DNA of 63,995 bases, the filler included, from Collodictyon triciliatum (lineage: Eukaryota), in NCBI GenBank assembly GCA_043381765.1. It is 31 parts of 31 records of this genome, joined end to end, with 100 filler letters (N's around TTAATTAATTAA, not from the genome) between each part and the next. Parts side by side here need not be neighbours in the genome. Positions count along the whole stretch, not along the records: positions 24,824 to 26,715 come from JBHJMP010009960.1; positions 26,816 to 28,707 come from JBHJMP010009961.1; positions 28,808 to 30,698 come from JBHJMP010009962.1; positions 30,799 to 32,689 come from JBHJMP010009963.1; positions 32,790 to 34,680 come from JBHJMP010009964.1; positions 34,781 to 36,673 come from JBHJMP010009965.1; positions 36,774 to 38,675 come from JBHJMP010009966.1; 24 more parts are not named here. One strand, given 5' to 3'. Positions 25,481 to 38,409 of the stretch are shown one piece after another. Both the position numbers and the translations under genes were made by a program. The notes below the pieces were generated by a model. That model had not been told where the DNA came from, ran no database searches, and saw only the letters and a list, made by a program, of their open reading frames with translations. Within the stretch, counting starts at the first letter, position 1. Every line of letters begins with the position of its first letter.

Positions 25481-26973
25481 GAAAATGAATGTTAGGAGCT
25501 ATTAATACTAATTGAGTATATCATTCTTATTTCATTCAGTATTCCAATTGAATATAAGAGCAAAGAAAGATGACCGTTTGGATTTAACATAGAAAGCGAT
25601 ATTTTTATTTAACAACACTAGTAAATGGTGATGTGCTGCAACTAAAACATATATTATCTAATAAAAAAAAAACAAGGAAATAGTATCATTTGAAGATAAA
25701 GAAGGAACCCTCGTCTTGATTTCGAGGTGAAAGGGGAGAAACATAAACATAGATGAATTGCACCTCTGGCGTATAGAAAATGGATTCACGCAGGTCATCC
25801 TCGATACTAGATGGGATGTGGAATGCCTGGCACACTGCTGCCCAGTTGCTTGTGCCATACTTATGAACAGCCTATTTCATAAATTACATACCCAATTAGA
25901 TTCAAGCTGTTTTTTTTCTTCGACACAGTTTTATTGCAGAGAAGAATTAACGGCGGATTTAGCCATTAATAGAAGACTTATAGATGAAAAATCAATATAT
26001 AAATCAATAAATCAATAAATCATTCTATCAATATAAATCAATATAAATCAATATAAATCAATATAAATCAATATAAATCAATATAAATCAATATAAATCA
26101 ATATAAATCAATATAAATCAATAAATCAATACAATGAGAAAAGTACAGAAAGAACAGAAAAGAAAGTAAATTCTTCTGGAAATATAAAAACAAAAGAGTG
26201 AGGAGATCTCGAGGCCGACGAAGGTGCAGCTGCCTCATTCAATCAGGCTGCCGTACCTGAACAAGAACAAGAAGCTCCTTCACCGACCAATCGTCCAAAG
26301 CTCGCTCTTGTGGCGGGCCGCAGATCACAAAAGAGAGCGATATGTCCTGTATTTTTCCCTCGCACTCTTCAAAGTCCATCGTACTACCCCCCTGCATTTC
26401 TCGAGGCTTGTGCTCCTAGTGTTTAGAGAGGAGGAGTATGACGGGAGTCGGCGAGGTGTTTCACAGCCGACTGCAAGCTTCCAGATGGCATTATTATCAT
26501 CATTATTATAATTCTTGCCGAGCTTTTGTGAGGTTATTTATATGTCAACGGGCAGACAGACTTTGTGCTAGGCGAACTCACGCTTCGCTCCGCGACAATT
26601 TGAAAATCTGCGAGAACGGGTGGACTTTGTGTGCAGCTTCGAGGTTTGTGAATATGATAAGAATGACTGAGAAAGGGAAGGAAGAAAAAAAAAGAGAAGA
26701 AAGAGAAGGAAAAAANNNNNNNNNNNNNNNNNNNNNNNNNNNNNNNNNNNNNNNNNNNNTTAATTAATTAANNNNNNNNNNNNNNNNNNNNNNNNNNNNN
26801 NNNNNNNNNNNNNNNTTTGTTTGTTTGTTTTTTTGTTTGTTTTTTGACACAGGTAAAAAAAAAATACGCATTCGATGTTTTCGTTAAAAAAAAAATAAGC
26901 TAGGATTTGTATTCATACAACGTAGTAGAAGAGTTGAAGAAGGATATGAGAGGGGATTGTGTTCAAATTATTA

Positions 26974-27940
26974 CCTATATCCAGTTTACTGATTTTCGGG
27001 GACAATTTATTGCTCTTGTATTCCGCCGAACCACCAAAAACAATCAAGCAACCACTATGGATGACAGCACCTGAGTAGAAGACAAGAAGGTTATGGGAAC
27101 TGAAATGAAATGAATTGACAATCAAAATAGACATGCTTCGACAGAGATAAGAATTACAATGGTTTACGGTAGAGGACGGGCATGAGCCAGTAGTTTTTAT
27201 CTCACTCCAAGTTTTTTTCCCTTCATACATGCGTACGATATGACTTTCAGTAAAGTTCAAACGACTATGCAAAACGTTTGATAGCTACTAAAAATATAAC
27301 ATAGCAACAATACTATCATGGTTCTTGCCATATTTTCAATGAAGTTGTTGATCTTTTTTTTTTTTTTCGTTTATTCGATTCAAAGAATGAAGTTGCTGAT
27401 AATAAAAAGATTACCGAAAGAGAAGTAAAACACTGTGGATAAAGGAGAACCCTGGTCATCTATTCCGCCAAACACAATCATACCATCCCCGTGAATATTC
27501 GCAGAGTGAAAAGAGCGAGCCTTGGGCACAAAACCGTCGACATCGACTGTCGACCAACGCCGAGTTGCTGGATAAAGAGGATCATTTCATACCATTTCAA
27601 ATTAACTTAGATAACAAAGAGAACATAGATGTGACACATCAAGAGGTCAGCTAATTCATGATGTTGAATGATGAGGAATAACATAAGTGGTGTGTAATTG
27701 ATGTTGAAATAAAACCAAAGAAATAAATAACATGATTCCTGCATAATGAGAGATTGGGAAGGATGTCTTGAATCATAGACCTACGTCACTTACCGAATGA
27801 GAAAGCATATATCTTTGGATCTATGACCTTCTCCCTGTCAATACCACCGTACAGATACATGACCCCTTGATAAACTACGGTGCTGTGTCCCGCCACATTT
27901 GGAGGGAGTTCTCCTTGACAGGAGACCAGCGCGGGTGCTG
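26974..27940 (-). CDS. Kelch-repeat protein (partial)
   Basis: GHSTVVYQGVMYLYGG, PKARSFHSANIHGDGMIVFGG, AVIHSGCLIVFGG. Confidence 0.85.
27353..27385 (-). mobile_element. 33-bp family B retro-stub (CTTTGAATCGAATAAACG + poly-A) with 15-bp TSD (27338-27352 / 27386-27400), intronic
   Basis: Flanks AATGAAGTTGTTGAT / AATGAAGTTGCTGAT; core TTATTCGATTCAAAG shared with 21203 and 44523. Confidence 0.85.
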
Positions 27941-29461
27941 TCGTGAAAAGTGAATAAAAATAATGTAAATCGGAGTCATATCTAGGTGTTATTGTGCAAA
28001 AAAAAAAAAATGCATAGACGAAGCATTCTTTTATTGATCCTTTGGTATAGTAGTCATTTGGTTGTTTGGTACGGAAGGCGTAGAATAGTTTATATTCGTG
28101 CGCTATGTGGGTTTTAGCATATCTTCATGTTCTTATGGCTCTGAATGTGGTCACCAAAAAAATGGGATAAATGAGCTGGTTTTCTCACCTGTGCGAAAGT
28201 CCATCTTCTTTGAAGCTCACCAAGAACTAATTAGAGACTCTATAAGATGCAACAAAAGAGCTAAGTTGGTACTAGAAAGACGGGGGAAACACTGAGGCTT
28301 GACAAGCACGATTTTTCGTTGCTTTACACAAAGGACGGGATTTCATACAATCCACGTGATGAATAGAAAAGATCTTGGAAGCAGGTCGCTTCAATATGGA
28401 AATAAAAGGTTAAAGATTCAATCACACGGGAGACAGCCAAAATATGTCCGTCTTCTCGTATTTTTTCTTTCGGCAAGAAGAGGATTTTTTTAGAGTCGAT
28501 CTATGAAATACTCACGTCCGAATAAGATTTCTCCTGTTTAAAATTGGAGTGAAAAGGAATGGTTTAAAATTGTCCAAGCTCATATTCGAATAAACATAGG
28601 ACTTTTAATTTTGTTTCTTTTTTGTTTCTTTTTTGTTTCTTTTTTGTTTCTTTTTTGTTTCTTTTTTGTTTCTTTTTTGTTTCTTTTTTGTTTCTTTTTT
28701 GTTTCTTNNNNNNNNNNNNNNNNNNNNNNNNNNNNNNNNNNNNNNNNNNNNTTAATTAATTAANNNNNNNNNNNNNNNNNNNNNNNNNNNNNNNNNNNNN
28801 NNNNNNNGATGGATGGATGGATGGATGGATGGATGGATGGATGGATGGATGGATGGATGGATGGATGGATGGATGGATGGATGGATGGATGGATGGATGG
28901 ATGGATGGATTTACCACAAAAAAGCTCTCGCTCGGTATCGCGGTTCATTTGTCGCCAGCGTTCTAGACATGCACGGTGAACAAAACCCGCCGTTCCCTTT
29001 CATTAGACGAGATGATGTTGTTATTTTTTTGGTAATTTTTTNNNNNNNNNNNNNNNNNNNNNNNNNNNNNNNNNNNNNNNNNNNNNNNNNNNNNNNNNNN
29101 NNNNNNNNNNNNNNNNNNNNNNNNNNNNNNNNNNNNNNNNNNNNNNNNNNNNNNNNNNNNNNNNNNNNNNNNNNNNNNNNNNNNNNNNNNNNNNNNNNNN
29201 NNNNNNNNNNNNNNNNNNNNNNNNNNNNNNNNNNNNNNNNNNNNNNNNNNNNNNNNNNNNNNNNNNNNNNNNNNNNNNNNNNNNNNNNNNNNNNNNNNNN
29301 NNNNNNNNNNNNNNNNNNNNNNNNNNNNNNNNNNNNNNNNNNNNNNNNNNNNNNNNNNNNNNNNNNNNNNNNNNNNNNNNNNNNNNNNNNNNNNNNNNNN
29401 NNNNNNNNNNNNNNNNNNNNNNNNNNNNNNNNNNNNNNNNNNNNNNNNNNNNNNNNNNNNN

Positions 29462-30219
29462 GTCTGATTCAAGGGCACTACGAAAACACGTCCCTTCTCT
29501 CCATTTCGCGCCGCACAAGTCATTCCACAACTTTCTCTGAGCGCATACTCTGTGACCCAAACACCAACCGGCACACAATTCCCCCGCAGCCAAAGGTATT
29601 ATGTCCAAAAAGCCACCCTTGCTTGATTTGTTATTCGCTGGTCGATGCACTACTTGCGTGAGCAATGGAGGAGGAAACAAATATTCAGTGAAGCGAAGAG
29701 GTGAGGACGGAGACTATTGAGACTGAATTATCTGGGTGAATGTCACCACACGTGCGGTCGTCCTGGTTCTGTGTGCATCACGAAGGGAACATCCTTCAGT
29801 GTTTTATTGCCTTGCGTCACCACCAACCTTCAGAGAACGCAATCCATTGTCGTGGCAAAAGCAGCGCGCGAGTATTTTTATAAAACAATATATTCTCCAA
29901 ATATAGATAATGTCTATATTTCGGTTGTGGAATATATTACAACATGACTCATACGTTGTGCATTGAAGTCCAAAAGGGTTTTGTTAGTGTAAAACTATTG
30001 CAAGTATTATAATTATAGACAGACAAGGATGAGCCACTTGTAATTGACTTTGCGCATTTGGGTTCTGTCAAGACAATGATCAAGTATGCGCCACCCTAAC
30101 GTCTCTGGTTTTCTGACATACAACGGGATGCGCGCAGGAAGGCCGGGCAGCGACTTGGCTTTCACCAAATAGTCACTTGGCGAAAAGAATTGGTTGTCTG
30201 CAGTTACCGATTCATCCAT
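29462..30219 (-). CDS. Hypothetical protein, N-terminal exons
   Basis: ATG-initiated exon MDESVTADNQFF...; plausible GT-AG continuation; no family recognised. Confidence 0.35.
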
Positions 30220-30496
30220 TTAATCCAGCAATAGGTGGACAGAATCAGCAGTCTACAAGGCTTTTTGAGGGATAAACATGAGCCGAGGTGAAGTATAACG
30301 CATTATTTACGACTCTTTTCTTTCTTTCTTCCTTTCTCTCTAGTCGTCTGCCCCTGCCTTTTTCTTCTCTTCGTTCTCTACGTGTTTTCTTTGTGCAAAC
30401 ATTTTATCTTTTTGTTCCTTGAATTATGATTGTTGTTTGCAAGCCTCCATTGCTATAGTTTCTTTTTATGTTTCCCCTGATCTCCTGAAGGCTGAA

Positions 30497-30698
30497 AATA
30501 ATAACAACAACAATAATAACAACAACAATAATAACAACAACAATAATAACAACAACAATACTAACAACAACAATAATAACAACAACAATAATAACAACAA
30601 CAATAATAACAACAACAATAATAACAACAACAATAATAACAACAACAATAATAACAACAACAATAATAACAACAACAATAATAACAACAACAATAATA
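30497..30698. repeat. (AAT/AAC) compound microsatellite with 18-bp period; representative of many contig-end SSRs (AAAAT, TACA, AAAAATC, TTACAC, GATG, TTTTTG, AAAAGG, ATTG)
   Basis: Direct inspection. Confidence 0.95.
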
Positions 30699-30803
30699 NN
30701 NNNNNNNNNNNNNNNNNNNNNNNNNNNNNNNNNNNNNNNNNNTTAATTAATTAANNNNNNNNNNNNNNNNNNNNNNNNNNNNNNNNNNNNNNNNNNNNTT
30801 TTG

Positions 30804-30835
<32 letters not shown>

Positions 30836-32556
30836 ATTATTATTTCACACAATAAATATTTACTGAATGAAATAAACAAATGATATCGCTACATGAATCA
30901 TAAATAAAATACTTTGAAATTTGCTCCAAGCCCCATCCTCCCTGGTTACTCAGTAATTCGCTTAACTTTGTAAACCCACTCAAGTCTATTAAAAGTATCG
31001 CTAAAGAAAATATTTCTTATCAATTCGTGATGAATATAGTGAAATTAGATTCTTTTGTCTATTTTGCGCTATTAAATAAAAAAGTTTTTTATACTTCGTA
31101 AAATATTTGCATTATGAGATGTTCAAATGAACGTTAGCTTTTAGAAACCTCCAGAGAATGCATGACAAGAAGGAGCAAGTTGTTCGTTCCAATCTTTTGA
31201 CGATGCGATCAGATGGCGTGGGAGGAAGCTCGCGACGGTCATTACCATTTTTTCATCGCCCATTTTTTTATATACTGGGGTGTCAGAAACTAAGAAAGAA
31301 AAAAGTTAGCAAATGAAATCTTTTCAGGAAGTATTTCATATTTAGTGACTAATTTGACGAGCACTAATATGTGATCGGAATATTAAAGGAAGATGTCTCG
31401 AATAATATCTTTTTTTTAAATATATTGTGAATTTAAGGCCCTTGTACCACGCACTACATAAGTTTCAAGAGGCCTGATATTTGAATACGATTATTCGCCC
31501 GAAATACCCTTGTAATATATTGCATCTTTATTTCACCCAAATAGTCATCAAATGCAATCAAGGTACCGTAAATATAATGAAAATATGGGAAAATGAAAAA
31601 GGAAAGGAAAGAACAAGAAAAGGAGAAAAGGAGAAAAGGAGAAAAGGAGAAAAGGAGAAAAGGAGAAAAAGGAGAAAAAGGAGATAAGGAAAAAAAGGAG
31701 AAAAAGGAGAAAAAGGAGAAAAAGGAGAAAAAGGAGAAAAAGGAGAAAAAGGAGAAAAAGGAGAAAAAGGAGAAAAAGGAGAAAAAGGAGAATAGGAGAA
31801 AAGGAGAATAGGAGAAAAGGAGAAAAGGAAAAAGGGAAAAAGGGAAAAGGAGAAAAGGAAAAAGGAAAAAAGACAAAGGAAAAATGGAAAAAAAAGAAAA
31901 AAGAAAAAAGAAAAAAGAAAAAGAAAAAAGGAAAAAGGAAAAGGAGAACAACAATGAAAGTGAAAATGAAAAAAAAAAAAAAAAGACTCAATGATCTGCA
32001 CAAAACACCAATTATGAATGACCCACAGCTCGCCCAGTCTTCATCATACGTCTACATCAACATGTATAGCGTGTGAAGTGGCAGCGTCAATCCATGCTTC
32101 GAAAAATAGACATTGGCAGAAGAATAACCATTCCAGAAGCGACCAACGGATCGTACAAAACCCGCCCAGAAAAAAAAACTGGGTTTGTGTGTACTCTCGG
32201 TTTGTTTCACGTCCACAAAGCATGAACACTTTGCCAGCCAAACCGAAATTTCCTTGATGCTGCCGCCGATGTCGATGCTGTCGCCCAAAATGGGGAGAAA
32301 AACTGAATCGATTGATATTCTGGGATTTCCACATGTGCGATTCCACTTTGGATATACTGTGGGATTAATTGCAATATTATATTAGAACATACTTATTGAC
32401 AAAATTGTAATATGATGAAGCATTAGGCAACTGCATAATTTTTTAATCTTATAAATAATAAATCCCACATATGTGCATTCAAATAGGATGTTTTCAAAAA
32501 TTCAAACACAGCAACGATCACTTTGTGGTAAGAAAAAAAGATAAAAAACAAGAAAA

Positions 32557-32618
<62 letters not shown>

Positions 32619-32952
32619 AAAGAACAGAAAAGAAAAGAAAAGAAAAGAAAAGGAAAGGAAAGGAAAAAGAAAAAGAAAAAGAAAAAGAANNNNNNNNNNN
32701 NNNNNNNNNNNNNNNNNNNNNNNNNNNNNNNNNTTAATTAATTAANNNNNNNNNNNNNNNNNNNNNNNNNNNNNNNNNNNNNNNNNNNNTTGTTTTTTTG
32801 TTTCTTTTTTGTTTTTGTTTTTGTTTTTGTTTTTGTTTTTGTTTTTGTTTTTGTTTTTTGTGTCATGTTTCTTTTTTGTTTTTTGGCCTTCTACTTCCGC
32901 GATAACTCTGAGGTAATTAAGATTTCGACTCATGCACTGTTACCTCGCCAAG

Positions 32953-33648
32953 AAGCAGACCAACCATGCTTCCGTTTTACTTCGCTGGACATCGAGTCGC
33001 TTCGGCAAACCACCCAGCAATTTGTGCAAGAAAGAGACTGGGAAAAGTACCACACACCGTAAGGGACTATCAGCAAGGAGCAAAAATAAGAGCACATAAT
33101 GCACTCTTTTAATGGCATATATGCCTTTATATTGATTAACTATTCATACCAAGAACTAATTAATATCTCATCTCCATCATCCGACATATTCACTTGACAC
33201 CACACATCGCTTGAACTGGCTCTCAGTCGCAATCTTGTCATGGCTCTGGTAATAACTAATCTTGCAGTTCTGTGCCACAAAACCCGAACGAGGGCATCTT
33301 TATTCTGGGCTTATCAAAGCCATCCACATTATTTCTGCCGGCATTGATTGTGCCATAATGTAGACCGGGGAAGTGGGAGAGCTTGCAGAACTCTTTCAAT
33401 GGCGTGGGGATGAAGAAAGCAAGCCCGGTCTTCCTGGATGGAGTCAAGGCGATGTGGAAAAAGTGCGCGACGAGTTGAGTGATGTTCTGGTCTACCTGAT
33501 TCGCTTGTCTGAACGATGTAACATCGACCTTTCTGAAGCCGTCCTGAACAAGATCAAAAAAAATGCGGCAAAGTATCCTGTCGAGAAAGTGCGTGGGAGT
33601 AGCAAAAAGTATACTGAGTACGACTTTAATCAGCAAGCTAAGGATTGA
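32953..33648 (+). CDS. DCTPP1: dCTP pyrophosphatase 1 (MazG-like), start exon uncertain
   Basis: FVQERDWEKYHTPRNLVMALTGEVGELAELFQW...ELSDVLVYLIRLSERCNIDL...NAAKYPVEKVRGSSKKY. Confidence 0.93.
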
Positions 33649-33951
33649 CTGGGGTGCTGTGCAATGACTGCAAGGCTACCCATAAACATGCTGCTTTCTA
33701 TTACATCGCTTGTTTCTCTCTATAACCAGAGCGTTCGTCGCAAGAAAAGTATAGTCGCTGTGCGTAGCGATCGAACCATCTAGAGAAGCCTGTCCCTTTC
33801 TGGGCCACGCAAAAGCTTGTTTGATTGAACTTGCTGTGGCTCCGACAAACAAGTGGAGTGCGAGTGCGTTAGGCAGAGCGGTTTGTCTTGTGCATGCTGC
33901 CATAACTCCACCTTGTGTAGCTTTGCCTGCTGTTTTTGCTGCATCGCCTCA

Positions 33952-34385
33952 ATGGGCTACCCGGAAATCACTCTTCCGGTGTGGATCGTTATACTGGTCA
34001 GCGGGCTCTTAATCTGCCTGCTTGTGCTCTACCGACTCCTTGCATTGATGGATATGACGGCTGATCACATAAACACTTTTGATCTGGCCAAGCAGATCAA
34101 TCCACTGGTGCCTGTTGAGTACGCTGCAGAGGTTTTCGAAGCTTTTTTTTTTTTTTTGGTCTCCTTTAGTACCTTATCTTTTCTATTCTTGCAATAATCT
34201 TCGATATATCCCATTCGGAAAAACTAGACACGTATTCTTGCCTAGTAGCCCCTATTGATGAGCATTATTCATGCGCCTCCATTTTTACATCTAACACAGG
34301 GCATTCTATGTCTGCTCTTGCTCTACGAGGGAGATTATATTTCATTTTTCCTCTATTTGATCCCTATGATCTACAACGTTTACAA
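33952..34385 (+). CDS. Cornichon/Erv14 family ER cargo receptor (partial)
   Basis: TM helix then LMDMTADHINTFDLAKQINPLVPVEY (DLExDYINPxDxxxxLN...PEY pattern). Confidence 0.8.
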
Positions 34386-34631
34386 GTAAAAGTTCTATGC
34401 TCCTGTTTTGCTGTCTTCTGCTTTGCTCCATCCTTTTCTATATCATCCATGTATTTTGTTTGATTTGATTCTATTTATTCGTTTGTTTGATTCCATTATA
34501 TTATTTGATTATATCTATTCATTCGATTCTATTTATTTATTTGTTTACATTGTTTTTTTTTGTTTTTTTGTTTTTGTTTTTTTGTTTTTGTTTTTTTGTT
34601 TTTTTTGTTTTTTTTGTTTTTTTGTTTTTTT

Positions 34632-34680
<49 letters not shown>

Positions 34681-35020
34681 NNNNNNNNNNNNNNNNNNNN
34701 NNNNNNNNNNNNNNNNNNNNNNNNTTAATTAATTAANNNNNNNNNNNNNNNNNNNNNNNNNNNNNNNNNNNNNNNNNNNNAAAACAAAACAAAACAAAAC
34801 AAAACAAAACAAAACAAAACAAAACAAAACAAAACAAAACAAAACAAAACAAAACAAAACAAAACAAAACAAAACAAAGAGAGAATGAAAGATAACAGCC
34901 TTGGTTGCAATGGTGTATATATTTGAAAAAGAAAAAAACGCCTTGGATGTAAGGAATTACAAACAAATAAGTATATCATTTTCATTTTCATTTTTATTTC
35001 AACTTGCGGCCGAATCTTGA

Positions 35021-36476
35021 CTAGGCTGATTCGCTATGAAGCAGAACATAATCTCTGGAGCTATTTCCGAATTTAATGACGTCCTGTTCTTTGAGTTCGT
35101 AGTACCGAGAGTGTTCAACCTTGCTGCCATTTATAAATGTCCCGTTCGTAGTCTCCAAGTCAATCAAGTATGGCCTAGGTTGCGCCATAGTTTAAGATTA
35201 AAATATCTCGTGATTGTGACGATATGAATGTTGATTATATACTTATTAATACCAAAAAACAACAACAAGAACGAAAAAAAAATGTAGGACTTACACAATT
35301 TCACGAATGGAATCACCGTTCCTGGTTGTATTTCGAGGTCGATATACAATTGCCGCATGTTGTTTACTGCAACTCAGGTGGTCAATCGGAATATCAACGA
35401 TATGTCTATCTCTTCCGAACAGAAAGGAGGGCTGCCTGTGAATATGCAGGGTATCTGGTATTGCAAATCGAGACAAGAATACCATATTATATAGAATGAT
35501 ATAATTGGGTATTCAAGAGACAAAAACAAAAGTGCTTAATCATTAGACGATTGCGCATTATTTCTTAAAATGAAAACGTCATCAAGTATATACATAATAA
35601 AATCAAGACGTCTTAGCTTCTTCTGTATTCCTAAATTCAAGGATTAAATGGGAAATAGTTAAATAAAGATAACAGAAAAGAAACCTATTGCATCATCTCC
35701 TTTAAATACGTAAAGTCTCCACTTCTTGTCGGGCATCCTGGCCTCTGGTGGCTGAGAATATTTCAACACTACTCCATTTACTGTTAATTGTTCCTGAGCA
35801 AGTTTTCCAGAGAGATTGAAATTTGGCTCTTGCTTTTTTCTGGAGAGAAGAGTCCAAAAATTAATCCAAGTTACACAAAGAGATAGGAAATATCGTGAAA
35901 TTAAAATGAATTTAAGGTCGTAGCAGATACAAATAACGTGAATCACATACAAGATAGATGCATAAAACTCGAATGATATCAAAATGGATACTAATCCTTT
36001 TTCCTCATCTTGATTTCGATTGTATATATATATATATATATTATGAAAACCTGTCACCCGGTAATGCCTCCGATTCTGAAACAGACAATCCATACGCTTT
36101 CTTTTGGGTTTGGTCTTCAACTGTTACAAGTGCGTTTGGTGCAGATGCATCAGAAGGTGATGTGTCTGATTTTTGATTTGCATGGACTTGAACATCACTA
36201 CCATGCTTTTCGTGGCGGCGATGCTGATCTCCTTGGTCTCTTTCTGTGACTTTCTCTTTTCCTAAATCTCTATCATTTTCCCTTCGCCTTTCCCGGTCTC
36301 TTCCTTTATCCCTTCCCTTATCCTTATCCCTTTCTCTTTCTCTTTCTCTTTCCCTTTCTCTTTCCCTTTCTCTATCTCTTTCCCTTTCTCTATCTCTTTC
36401 CCTTTCTCTGCCATCAGTCCTTTCTTGGTCTCGATTGGAAGACCATGTGCCCCTGGAACGATGTCTCTCAGGACTC
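35021..36476 (-). CDS. SNIP1: SNIP1/Pml1/DAWDLE FHA-domain RES-complex subunit (5' partial)
   Basis: RE/RD-rich region; EPNFNLSGKL, LKYSQPPEARMP..WRLYVFKG, LFGRDR..DIPIDHLSCSKQHA, YLIDLETTNGTFING. Confidence 0.93.
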
Positions 36477-36773
36477 CTACTTCTAATAAATAAATGAAGC
36501 AAATACTTATAAAGAGAAGAAAGAAAGAGAAGAGAAGAAAAGAAAAAAGAAAAGAAAAAAGAAAAGAAAAAAGAAAAAGAAAAGAAAAAAGAAAAGAAAA
36601 AAGAAAAGAAAAAAGAAAAGAAAAAAGAAAAGAAAAAAGAAAAGAAAAAGAGAAAAGAAAAAGAGAAAAGAAANNNNNNNNNNNNNNNNNNNNNNNNNNN
36701 NNNNNNNNNNNNNNNNNTTAATTAATTAANNNNNNNNNNNNNNNNNNNNNNNNNNNNNNNNNNNNNNNNNNNN

Positions 36774-38409
36774 GGGATTATGATACGGGATTATGATACG
36801 GGATTATGCCACGGGATTATGATACGGGATTATGATACTGGATTATTCCACGGGATTATGCTACGGGATTATGCACAGGATTATGGTACGGGATTATGCC
36901 ACGGGATTATGACACGGGATTATGCTATGGGATAATGGCATGGGATTATGCCACGGGATTATGATATGGGATTATGATACGGGATTATGATACGGGATTA
37001 TGCCACGGGATTATGATACGGGATTATGATACTGGATTATTCCACGGGATTATGCTACGGGATTATGCCACGGGATTATACTACGGGATTATGACACGGG
37101 AATAATCAAAAAAAAAAGTAAATGGAGTTTAAGATGTACTGAAGTTTTTTTTTATAAATGTATTCATGTAACAGCTCCTGATGAGACATGCTACTGGATA
37201 ATGCTACGGGATTATGCACAGGATTATACTGCGGGATTATGATACTGGATTATTCCACGGGATTATGCCACGGGATAATGACACGAGGTTATGCCACGAG
37301 GTTATGCCACGGGATTATGTCACTACGGGGTTATAACACGGGATTATACTACGGGATTATGATACTGGATTATTCCACGGGATTATGCTACGGGATTATG
37401 CACGGGATTAAGATACAGGATTATGCCACGGGATTATGACACAGGATTATACACGGGATTATGACACGGGATTATGCCACGGGATTATGCTACGGGATTA
37501 TGCCACGGGATTATGCCACGGGATTATACACGGGATTATACACGGGATTATGCCACTGGATTTGTCACGGGATTATGATGCGGGGATATGCTACGGGATT
37601 ATGCCACGGGATTATGATACGGGATTATGACACGGGATTATGCTACGGAATTATGATACGGGATTATGATACGGGATTATGCACAGGATTATGGTACGGG
37701 ATTATGCCACGGGATTATGCCACGGGATTATACACGGGATTATACACGGGATTATGACACGAGATTATGCCGCGGGGTTATGATACGGGATTATGATACT
37801 GGATTATGCCAACACGGGATTATGCACAGGATTATACTGCAGGATTATGCCACGGGATTATGCACGAGATTATGACACGGGATTATGACACGGGATTATG
37901 ACATGGGATTATGCTACGGGATTATGCCAAGGGATTATGACACGGGGTTATGCCACTGGATTTGTCACGGGATTATGATGCGGGGATATGCTGCGGGATT
38001 ATGACACGGGATTATGATACTGGATTATGCTACGGGATAATGCCACGGGATTATGCCACGGGATTATGCCACAGGATTATGACATGGGATTATGCCACGG
38101 GATAATGATACGGGATTATGACACGGGATTATGATACTGGATTATGCCAACACGGGATTATGCACAGGATTATACTGCAGGATTATGATATGGGATTATG
38201 ACATGGGATTATGACATGGGATTATGCTATGGGATTATGCCACGGGATTATGATACTGGGTTATGCCACGGGATTATGACACGGGATTATGCTATGGGAT
38301 TACGACACGGATTATGACACGGGATTATGCCACGGGATTAAGCCACGGGATTATGCTATGGGATTATGCCACGGGATAATGATACAAGATTATGACACGG
38401 GATTATGAC
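36774..38409. repeat. Divergent minisatellite, unit about 13 bp, GGGATTATG(CC/AT/CT/AC)AC
   Basis: More than 100 tandem variant units, interrupted by an AT-rich insert at about 37101-37185. Confidence 0.95.

Noticed and set aside
30900-32380. Minus-strand gene or pseudogene
   Set aside because: Open stretches contain stops, and no family motif or consistent exon chain could be established
32953-36476. Functional gene clustering between neighbouring genes
   Set aside because: Neighbours across linkers are unrelated contigs; only DCTPP1 and cornichon are truly adjacent, and they have no evident link
36774-38409. CRISPR array, telomere repeat or coding repeat (RDYDTGLC ORFs)
   Set aside because: No unique spacers; GGGATT is not a permutation of TTAGGG; the unit is not a multiple of 3 and the frames are full of stops
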